From Macrostomum lignano (taxonomy: Eukaryota), in contig NIVC01001007.1 of the NCBI GenBank assembly GCA_002269645.1, forward strand, positions 248,001-312,000: 64,000 bases of DNA, written 5' to 3'. The notes beneath the pieces are model-generated. The model was not told the origin of the DNA. It did not search any database and was given only the letters and a program-made list of their open reading frames with translations. Each line of letters starts with the position of its first letter. Positions within the stretch are counted from its first letter, which is position 1. Made by a program: the position numbers and the translations under genes. This document shows, piece by piece, positions 35,164 through 45,824 of the stretch.

Positions 35164-36414
35164 TTGAATCGACGTACATGTACATTATTCACACTATTTT
35201 TCGTTATACATGTACAGTAGTAACATATGAGTCATGATTCAAAGTTTTAGTTTTACTGCGCGTGTTTGCATTATCCTATTTACAGTAGTATTTTATGAAT
35301 GAATGACACTCTACAAACTAAGATCAGGTCTCTAGTTTCTACCATGTTTCGGATATTGCAGCAGAGGCGATCTATAATGGCTCAGAATATGCAAGATAAA
35401 ACTTTCCACATTTACGTGCCATAGCGCCTTATGTATAGAGTGATAGATACATGCATCAATAGATAGAGAGAGGGATAGACACCGAATGGAGACATAATAA
35501 AGAACGCCCGAATGTCTTTTTGTGAAGTCGTGTGATGTATTTTTCTGACTTTACCGCACGAAATTATGCGCATTAGTAAAACAATATTGTATGCTTTAAA
35601 AATATTCAATATTGTCAGAATACACGTGTATTACATTAAAAAATTTGCTTTATTCGATTTATTGTTTCGTTAAATTCCACAGGCTTCGCCGATGTGGTCA
35701 CAAATCATTCAACAAAGTGTACATTTCTCCGAAATGGTCTTTGGCCGAAGTGGCGTTTTTGCTGAAATAGTCATTGGTCAGCACGGTCAGCACCCAGTCT
35801 GAACAAACAGAATGGCTGTAAGCTGCTGCAATGTTATCCTTTTAGCATACAAAAGGTGACTTTTTTGTGAAACTTTTAAAGTAAGCTCATGTTTAAAGCT
35901 TAGGCTATAGTTCCAGAACAGTTTTATGAAATCCATGCAAGGTTCTCGCTCGCCGCAATCGCGCTTCGCCGTTTTCTGCTTTATTAGGGGTCCCAATCCC
36001 GGCCCGGGATCCCGAGATCCTGGGATCCCCGGGATCCTGATTTTTTGTTAGTGTTCGGGATCCGGGGATTAGGGGTCCTGGATCCCGATAAACACGGGAT
36101 TAAAATTTACACTTTGCAGAAGTGAATATATTTCGTCTTGCAGTTAGCCTAGCACTTAGGCCTAACAGTTTTGAGAGAATTTTTGCATCCTGAGAATGAA
36201 GTTATAGAATGAAGGACAGTAGGACTATCAAGCAACTGCATCAAGCACTGCTAGTCACTAGGCCTAGACTTAAGGGGTCTAGTCTAGACTCTAAACTGTC
36301 TAAGTGGCAATGGCCTGAACACTGGGCCCACTGGCCTGGGCCCCGAATATTCGGAAACAAACTTGCCGAATAATGAATACCGAATACTGTATTCTGTATT
36401 CGGTATTCGCTTGT

Positions 36415-37098
36415 TGCTCCGACTGTAACCACCTGCTCAAGAAGTGATTGAACTTCTTGCCGAACTTTGTTGTATAGGCGAGGCATGACAACTTCGCCAT
36501 ATACTTGCGATTTGGCAGTGGCAGGCGAGGATACGCGTCGGCTAGGTAGGATCGAGCGTAGGCCGGGCCACTCAACAGCACTGAATGGCAGATGATTGGT
36601 AGCAATGGCTTTGCCTGGTAGGAAGAAAATATGATTGTATGTGATGAAGCTTCGTAAGTTATCTAAAAAAGCTACATCTAAATGAGGTCATTTGATAAGA
36701 TAAGAGGAATTAAAAGAATCAATAAAAGCACAAACAGGAAGCTTTGATTCTTACCTATCTTGTTGAGGACTTGGATGGCACTGTCGCTGTTAATGTCCCA
36801 CATTGTCGTGCGCTCCATCATGCCTTCGATAGTTTGCTGCGAAAATACTGCTGCCACGCGCTGCCTCTTGGCGGCAGGGAAGAAGGAAGCTGCCTCATCA
36901 GCAGCCGCACCATCTTGAACTCTCTTAGCCAATTCTGGGTGCTTGGCTTTAAGATGTTTGCTCATTGCTGTGTTCGTTAACTTTTTCAATCGGGTTTGTG
37001 CCTCTTGACAGGACCTCACTACAACTACTACACTTTGCCTTAAACTTATCCTCAGACACTGCGAAGTACTGTAATAGAGCAGATCTAGCTTTCTTCAT
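36415..37098 (-). pseudogene. Truncated, intron-containing hAT (ZBED-like) transposase: BED zinc finger plus start of the core
   Basis: MKKARSALLQYFAVSEDKFKAKCSSCSEVLSRG, then a frameshift near 36990, then KLTNTAMSKHLKAKHP. Intron 36754-36615 (AG|GTAAG...CCTACCAG|G). It continues IATNHLPFSAVEWPGLR...VMPRLYNKVRQEV. Confidence 0.78.
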
Positions 37099-37917
37099 AT
37101 AGTAGCCATTCAAGTTAGAATTCTTATACCTTTCTAGAAGATTTTTGTAGAAAAATGTAATAATTGTTTTTCACCTTAACTGTTATAAATACTCGTGCAT
37201 GTAAGTCTTCCATTTGAATGCACCCCACAGACAGCAACATTTCATTGTCAGCCAATGAGAAATGTACAACTCCGATTGGATTGGTTGGTAGTTCGACACA
37301 AAGCAGTCAATGATGCAAAAACTTTCGCACCTCTCTTGCACCTATTGGACTAAGTGCTAAGCTCAATAGGCTTAAATTTTAACTACAGTTTCCTAACACC
37401 ATCGTGCATTAGCACAAAGTAAGTCAATTGTGCTAATAGTCTTATAAGAATAACTTGCACGTTGAAGGAAGACTGCAGTGCCTATACAGTTTGCTTAATT
37501 ACATGATGTATTCTGGCACACACATTCGGGCAAGACCAAACAAATAGATCATATAACAAAAGCAATTCATACCTGTATAAAATCTGCTAAGCTTTGAGAA
37601 TACTGGCTTGAGTAAATCTTTCCCACATTTCACGATTTGCTAAAACTGCAACAATACATTTTCTTTTGGGCTATAGCCTTTGACACAATATGATGCAATA
37701 TAGCAAAGGCTATATCAAATCAGACAACTTGCTAGCCAAAGCAGAGATAGGCATGAAAGTGGGGGTAGGGGAGCAAGCATGCAGGCATGAAAGCAAAGGT
37801 ACCATACTGCAATCCATGTAGTAGACAGCAAACCAAGTGTTATCATATCTAAGCTTTGAACTTTGATAGAAATACTGCTTCCCATACAAACTTGCTCATT
37901 TAAAATATTACACTTGC

Positions 37918-39628
37918 GGGTCTACGACGTTTGCCTGCGGGACGTTTGCCAGCCGACATTTGCCTGCGGGACGTTTGCCAGCCGACATTTGCCAGCCGAC
38001 GTTTGCCAGCCGACGTTTGCCTGCCGGACGTTTGCCTGCGGGACGTTTGCCAGCCGACGTTTGCCAGCCGACGGTTGCCAGCCGACATTTGCCAGCCGAC
38101 GTTTGCCAGCGGGACGTTTGCCAGTCGGACGTTTGCCTGCCGGAAGTTTGCCAGCCGACGTTTGCCAGCCGACGTTTGCCTGCCGGAAGTTTGCCAGCCA
38201 AAATTTGCTAGCCAATATAAAGCCAGTCAGTGAAAAATTTGATACTGAAACATTCGCAGTTTAGCGGTTTGACAAAAACCGTTTTTACTCCAACTTTTTG
38301 ACGGTTATTCGCATGTATACAAGTTTGAAAGCAAAATATATAAATTATACAATTTATATAGATTTACATCTAATATCCAGTTTAACAACGATTTTCTTTG
38401 AATGTGAAAATATTGTTTACTTTTGACAATTGTGTATCGTTTTTCCCAGTTTGAGATGTTTGATTTTGGATGTGCAAAAGAAGACGCGCAGATTACAACG
38501 GGAATATCCAGCGATTAAGTTATGAGGCAAACAAAAAGAGCTGCTGAGCGGTAATTCTGGCTCATATATTTCTCAGTTCATTGGGAGATCCAAAAGTAAG
38601 CAAGTTGATTCCAATTCTGTTGTATTACTACTCAAGTAAGCCAGGAAACCGCGATCTCAACGTACATGTGTAGACGAGTCGAATGCGGTACGTTTGTATA
38701 GTAAGCTATATAGCTGAATAGCCAGACAAGCCGCCAGTAGCAAGCTAGTAGGATAGCAAGCGCTAGACACTACGTATGCAAAGCTTAGTCACGCCAAGGA
38801 CTACTAAAGTAGAAGTACGCAGCACTCGAAATATATGAAAAATGTTTTGAAGGCCATAGGGAGATAGGAAGTTTTCATCTTTTCAGCACAACAATTGTTA
38901 TTGCTTTCATACGAGGCAAACCCAGTGTTTATCTTTTGATATGTTGTGCCAAAATCGTTGTTAAACTAGATTTATATATAGTTAGATTTAGATTTTCTTA
39001 GATTTAGATTTTCTAGATTTATACTATATTTATATATTTTGCTTTCAAACTTGTATACATGCGAATAACCGTCAAAAAGTTGGAGTAAAAACGGTTTTTG
39101 TCAAACCGCTAAACTGCGAATATTTCAGTATCAAATTTTTCACTGACTGGCTTTATATTGGCTAGCAAATTTTGGCTGGCAAACTTCCGGCAGGCAAACG
39201 TCGGCTGGCAAACGTCGGCTGGCAAACGTCCGGCAGGCAAACGTCCGGCAGGCAAACTTCGGCTGGCAAACGTCCCGCTGGCAAACGTCGGCTGGCAAAC
39301 GTCGGCTGGCAAATGTCGGCTGGCAAACGTCGGCTGGCAAACGTCGGCTGGCAAACGTCCGGCAGGCAAACGTCCGGCAGGCAAACTTCGGCTGGCAAAC
39401 GTCCCGCTGGCAAACGTCGGCTGGCAAACGTCGGCTGGCAAATGTCGGCTGGCAAACGTCCCGCAGGCAAACGTCCGGCTGGCAAACGTCCGGCAGGCAA
39501 ACGTCGGCTGGCAAACGTCCCACTGGCAAACGTCGGCTGGCAAACGTCGGCTGGCAAATGTCGGCTGGCAAACGTCCGGCAGGCAAACGTCGGCTGGCAA
39601 ACGTCCCGCAGGCAAACGTCGCTATCCC
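37918..39628. mobile_element. Mutator-like foldback element with modular repeat-built TIRs, 1711 bp, perfect 9-bp TSD
   Basis: TACACTTGC occurs at 37909-37917 and 39629-39637. Termini are GGGTCTACGACGTTTGCC and reverse-complement GGGATAGCGACGTTTGCC. The arms are 14-15-bp GACGTTTGCCAGCC arrays plus ~150 bp of unique inverted sequence. Confidence 0.92.
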
Positions 39629-42329
39629 TACACTTGCATGCTCTTGTTTTATTCTTGTATTAATTCGTTGAAAATTTGAAACGAATCCATGCAAGAACGA
39701 AACGAATAGCAAAAAATAATAAGATAGGGGCGGAGAAGAAAATAAATGAATGGGGCGTCGGTTTGCTTCGCTGACACCAATGAGGTGGGGCGGTTCAACT
39801 CTGAATTGCCGCCTGTACGTGTTGTCTCGGCACTCGTAAAGCCGGAAATTTCACGAACTGATTTGTATAGCTTCTCCTTTGATACTCCGTCTGCCGGGTC
39901 CAGCTCAATTCCAGGGGGGGGGGGGGTAGTCGTAATCGAAGTCGAGCAGTATTTTATATTTAACGGCACGGTCGTTCAGTTGGGTCCTCCGACATCGTAA
40001 ATTTCGTAATCGGTCGATATGTTCGGTTTGTTACTATCAGTAGTAAAGTAGTAGCGCTGCCACCACCATAATTTCGTATTACGGAACGTTGAGGGTCTCA
40101 GAGCCTTCTTTGAGTTGAGACTAATTAATTGTTTTATGCCCCGTGGGCAAATGACTCAATAGAAACTACAGGCTTCGATGGAACGAACAGATAAATTAAG
40201 TTAGACTTTTTTAATAAATTGGATAAATGTTTACCTATATAATAGAGTGACTAAAATTAAAATATTACTTCGTGGCGGACACTGCGAGAACGATTCGGCG
40301 GTGCCGAGAGCGAACAATAGAATGACTAACTTAAAACCGAACGCTAGGGGTGCTCAAATCGCAGAATAAGCAATAAGCAATTAAGCACAAGATGGAGCAC
40401 AACTCACTTAAGACAAACTAAACGCAAACGAACGGGGGCGAACACGGAAACGACAAGGATGAGAGTAAAATCGGTTAAAACAAACGTATTAATAGTATTG
40501 GACACGACTAATCCCAGGGGGTGGGGCACCTAGTGGGACAGAGAAAGGAGCACCCAAAGGAAAAAGGGGGAAAACCCGGCCGCTGGACAGTAAAACAAAG
40601 CATACAAGGGATGGGGCATCGACAGGAGCAACCAGGGGAGCAACGGACGGGACAACCGGGGGAACAGTCAAGGGAGCAACCGATGAAAAAAATGACGTCA
40701 GTCCGTCAGTAGAAGGAAAACCACCTTGTTCGCGCTAGCGAGCGACCGCTGTCGTCCCGCGAGTGGTATACCGGCCTACCGACTACGAATGAATATTCGT
40801 TCCATCTCTAACAACTAACTTCAACTATTTTATCAATGCAGTATAAGCTATAAATAGAAAGTAGCCTAGAAACCCAAATTATGCTCAAATTGGTTGAGAA
40901 ATTGTTTTGTGGAGTGGACAGTGGAAAGCTTTTTGTAAATTCGTTTGTTCTAGGAATGTTGATTCCCCAGGAATTTTCAATTCCCCAGGGAGTAGGGCCT
41001 ATTCTCCAACAAGCTCCCTAGGGCCCCAGGGAGTACTCCCCAGGGTCAACATCCCTAGTTTGTTCAATTTCTAGATTGGCTTAGGATCCTGGGATTAGGT
41101 AAATTTTTTGTCCTAGATCCTGCCCCTGGGATTGTAAAATGTCTGGGATTTGGGATCCCTATGTTTTATTGACTTTTTATTTTTGGTTGTCAATTTTGAG
41201 ACTATTCCTTAACCTTAATCTAACATAAATTTGTCCATTTTTCAGCCAAGGCTATTTTATTTGATTCTATTTCAACCAAAATTCAACTGAGACCTATTCT
41301 AGGGCCTATTCAAAAGAAGATTAGTTAAGAAGTGAAAAAGAACCATTTAGCTTTTTAGGCCTATTACAATTTATCTTGGGATTACATTTAGACCTATAAT
41401 TAGTAGGCTAACCTTTCATGCTAGGCCCCTAAAAATATAAATTACTTTCTAATTTTGTTCACTTTTAAAATGCAAAGCTTTTATATTCTATTAAAGCTTA
41501 AATTGTTTTGCATTTGACCTAGCTACTTTTTATTCAAATTTGCCTATGCTATAGGCCTAGGTATGGCTAGGCTCTACATTTTGCAAAAAGTATTCTAGCA
41601 GGCAGGCCTATTAGAGATTTCAGTTGATATTGATTTTATTTGCTATTAATTCATTTGCCACTTGGTTTAGGTATTATTAGTAGAATGAAAGGTAAACAAA
41701 AGGTAAGCTGAAATAGAATCTTTTTATGCATAAAATTAAAAAGGAATATAGTATATATTGGAGGCACAAAAGGTAAAGAAAAGGTTTATAGTGGGCATTA
41801 GGTATAGATAGAAGTTATTCCAACTTTTCTCACTAGGCCTATTTGTTGAAAAGTGTTATCATTATTATTATCATTATTATTAAAAAATTAATGATGTATA
41901 ATTAGAGTTTCTAGCAATAACTTTAATTGTATATAATATTATCTATGAAAAAAAGTATTTTGGCATTGACTTTTTAGATTTTAGGTCTCCTTATGAATTA
42001 TTCAATTTTATATAAAATGTTAATAATACATTTTATATATTATATAATTATGTCATAGTTTATATATATTCCAAAATTTCTATATTTTTGCATGCCAAAA
42101 TTAGAATATTTTCCAACAATTGGCATAAATTTGTATGCCAAAATGTATATGCCAACTTTTAGAAAGATCATTTGTTAGCCAAAAAATTTCTAGCATACAG
42201 TAAAGGCAGATTTAAGGGAGGGAGGCAGAGGGAGTGGCTGCCCCCCCCCCCCCAATTTAGCTTGACAGAACATATTGCACCCTCCAAAAACCTAAATTTG
42301 TGCCTCCTAAACTTGATTTTTCATTTCCA

Positions 42330-43430
42330 AATGCCTAGCGGCAAAGATAGCCCAAATGGCATCATTAATAGCAGCCTGCTGGTGCTGGAAATAGACAGCT
42401 ACCAAGGCCTTCTCTGCCTCTCAGGTTGGTTGCCTGCTCAAATGGAGTTCTTCCCTTGCTTGCTAAATTGCAGGGTTGTCTTGCTATACTGGCTGCTCCT
42501 AATGGGCTAGCTGCATAAGTAGAAAGTTCTATTTATTCTATTGTTCAGTGGCGCAAACTCCAGCATACACCTCCACATACTCGGCATGTCCACACTTGCC
42601 ACTGAGTGCAATGATGAAAGCACTAGCAATGCTGTGCATGTTTGCATCCCTGAATAGGCTGTAGTAGCGCCTTGGTGGCCACTTTAATACATGGTATAGT
42701 GGATTGTATTTAAAGATAAAAGTTGTAGATAAGGAGTTGATGATTGGACTGCAGAGCTAGTGGCCATGATGGCGTGGCAGTTGACAATACGGTGGCACTC
42801 TCAAAAGTGCACCAGCTTATGATTGAGCTATGCCTGCCTCTGCATGCGCTTGCAGCCTACAAAATTTTTAAGCTTGCCCTAGCAGGTTGTGGAAACAGCT
42901 ATTGGCTGAAACCATGTCCTGCCTCTCCAAGAAGTCCTCTAGCACTTCAGTGTTGCTGTTCTCCTACGATATGACAAAAATGAACACTTGGACCTACACA
43001 AAGCTACATTCAGGTCTCTGAGGATTATCACTGTGTCACACTGCACTGTTGCCTCCACCTGTACCAAGAGCTGCTCAAAAAGGCTTGAGCCTCATTAGGT
43101 TGGGTGACAAAAGGTGCATATGCGCAGAATAAGCAAGCATTCTAGCTACAAAGCTGGACATTGACCCAGAGCAGTCAAGGAGACAAAGATGCAGCAATAG
43201 CTCTGCTGCAGCCTTGGTCCAATTAGCACTCCAACTCCTCCATGGCCTCGTTGGTCTGTTGATGTATATGTAAGAGAGGGTCTATCCAGCGCCTAGATCC
43301 CCACAGTGAAGCCCTAGATCAGCCTTGAAAGACACCTCCTGCAGTGCAATGATGTCATAGCTTAGGTTGATATCATAGCTTAGAAGACTGTTGTGCTCTG
43401 CATGCCAAACAACATCAATGCTGCAATGCT
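42330..43430 (-). pseudogene. Highly degraded APE-type endonuclease domain of a LINE (RTE/CR1-like)
   Basis: The minus strand gives YDIIALQEV, GHGGVGVLIG, DTVIILRDLN (cf. IILGDFN), LEDFLERQDMVSANSCF, LNHKLV (cf. IDHILV) and QSNHQLL (cf. SDH) in the canonical order, with many stops. Confidence 0.7.
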
Positions 43431-43449
43431 AAATGCATATTCTGTTGTT

Positions 43450-44070
43450 GTTGTCTCCCCTCCTCTGCCTTCTTTTTCTCTTTTATTCTTTTCTTTTTCC
43501 CCTCTTTTCTTCCATCTTCTTTCTTATCTCTGCTCTCTGATCTCTTCTTATTTATCTTTTTTCTCTCCTCTTTTATCTTTCTTCTTTCCTCTATTCTCTT
43601 TTCTTTCTGCTCTCTACTCTCTCTTCTCTCTACTCTGCCCCCATTTCTCTTGTCTTATATATTCTCTCTACTCTCCTATCTTGTCTCTCCTATCTAGTTT
43701 TTCTTGTCTCCTCTATTTTCATTTCCAATCTCTCCTCTTCTCTGTCATCTCTTCTCTCATATCTAATCTTCACTTTTCAATTTTCACCTTTCTATTTATA
43801 ATCTCTCTTTCTACCCTCTCCTCTCCTCACTCCACTTCTTTCCCTTTATCTCTATTCTCTCCCCTCTTTTCTCTTTTCTTCCCTTCTCTCCTCTCCCTGA
43901 TTTCCTCTCACTTCTTTTGCCCCCTTTTCTGTTTCCTCTCCTCTTGCTTCTCCCTTTCCCCTCTCCTTGCTTTCTTTTGTTCTTTTATCTTCTATTCTTC
44001 CCTGATCACCTCTTACCTTCTCTCTTTTTTAGTCATCTATTCTCTCTCCTTTCAACTCTCATCTGGCCTG
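43450..44070. repeat. CT-rich low-complexity tract
   Basis: Directly visible polypyrimidine stretch with no clear period. Confidence 0.85.
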
Positions 44071-45824
44071 CAGTCATGAGCTAGATTATTTAGCTGACCC
44101 TTGAGGTAAAAGTCTGCCAGGTGCCAACCCCTGCTTTGAAAGCCAGTTTATGGGGTTTAGTACTCTTGGAGGCATTTAAATTTTAAAGTACTTTCACTTT
44201 TTTCACTTTTTGTTTTATAAACCATGCCCCATTGCCTTGATTTTTTATCTATTGTTAAACTACTGCAGAGTTGCCTATATAGAGAACGATAATAGGAATT
44301 TCTCACTAAACTGGCATGGCTAAATATATTCTCTCCACAGTGGTACAGAAAAGGCTATAAATAATTTTTTTAAAACACCTTACATTTGCTATATATACTG
44401 AGCTCTATTGCCCAACCTTGGTCTAAAAAAATAAGTGGGTGAATGGGGGTAAAAAATTTCTATTTAAAAAACAAACTTTATATGCTTACAGTTTATTTTC
44501 TGATTGAGTTACAGCATTGAAACTTTATAATTAGACAAGGAAATAAGTCTATGAAGAATTGTGTAAAGTTTAAAATCACTTCATATAGAGCAAACTTATG
44601 GTAGCCAAAAGTTAGTCAATTTTAAACCCCTTTTACATATCTTTTAAATGTCAATTTTTCAATACTAAGAGCTAAATATTTAAATACAAGAAATGTAGAA
44701 TTTTTGGTGCTATAACCTTTAATCTTTGCTATATGTAGGTAAATCTATTTTATTAAAAATAATACTCTAAGGCATTATATTTAATATTCTAGTCTGTATA
44801 ATAGTTATTCAGCTATTAAACTAGATACTTGCTAAGGGTATTATGAATTTGATTAATACCTATGATAAATTTGTGAGTATCTGATGAGATAATTAAAATA
44901 AATTTCTCAAATTTTAACTTTACTAGCAATAGTAGCATTGAAAAAGAATATTCCTAAAATGCAAATATCTAGAACTGCTTCAGATGCTTAGTTTGTTTAG
45001 CTTGAATTTTAGTTGAATAGTAAAATAAAAAATATAGTAATTTTAATATTTGAAAAAAATTAAAAGTAGTTCTTTTTGCATTAAAAATGTGCAATCTGTG
45101 AGAAAAATAGTACAATTAGGTAGTCACTTTACCTCAAAAAGTATATAAAACTGTAGCAACATATTAATAGAAAAAAATAGCAATGTGCATAGACTGTTAA
45201 GCTTTAAGCAAGCAAGAGTAAGATTGTGCTCAAATGTATTTTGTAAATCAAAGGAACTAAAATAAGAAATTTTTCTTTTTATAACATTTCCATTGTTTAT
45301 TATCATTGTATAAGAAAAGGTGAGCTTCAAATGGCTCACAAGCTTCAAAGCTTCAACAAGCTTCAAAAGCTTTTAATGCTTCAAAAAATAAAGTTTTAAA
45401 CTTATAGAATTCTTCTATACCAATTTTTTAATTTTAGTCTGATTTTAAAAACCAATACATCTAAATTATAATATTTAATCTTGTCTCTTCTTTTGGTCAT
45501 AAATTGCACACAGTTCTGATTAAGTTGTAATTGTTAACTTTAGTTATTGAATTTCATTTCCTACTACTTATATTAGTATGCAGTCTGTTTCAATTTAAAT
45601 GATTTATTCCTATGTGGATAGTAGTATAAAGGCATTGTACTAGTAGCTTGTGTGCATATTTCCTTGGAAGAGTTATATCAGGAGTTTTTTATGGTAGCAT
45701 TTTTTGGGACTAAAAATATCTGAAATATGATGCAACATACAATTTAGATTTTGAACTCAGTCGTAACAATTGTTCGAGATTTAGTTGCACCTGTTACTAT
45801 TGCAAAGTTAGGAGGGGTTAATGT

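Larger units (their letters stand above)
35985..41161. mobile_element. hAT-type element, 5177 bp, with nested insertions
   Basis: Left end TAGGGGTCCCAATCCCGG; right end reverse-complements to TAGGGATCCCAAATCCCAG. 8-bp TSD TGCTTTAT/TGTTTTAT (7/8). GGGATCC/GGGATT subterminal repeats at both ends. Confidence 0.72.

Noticed and set aside
37863-39712. Cluster of repetitive ORFs on both strands
   Set aside because: Translations of the foldback element's tandem modules.
36330-40810. Pairing the TATTCGG-rich end at 36332 with TAGAGATGG at 40810 as one inner hAT element
   Set aside because: The termini share only CGAATATTC and there is no matching TSD.
43393-44079. 228-aa hydrophobic ORF resembling a membrane protein
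   Set aside because: Product of the CT-rich low-complexity tract.
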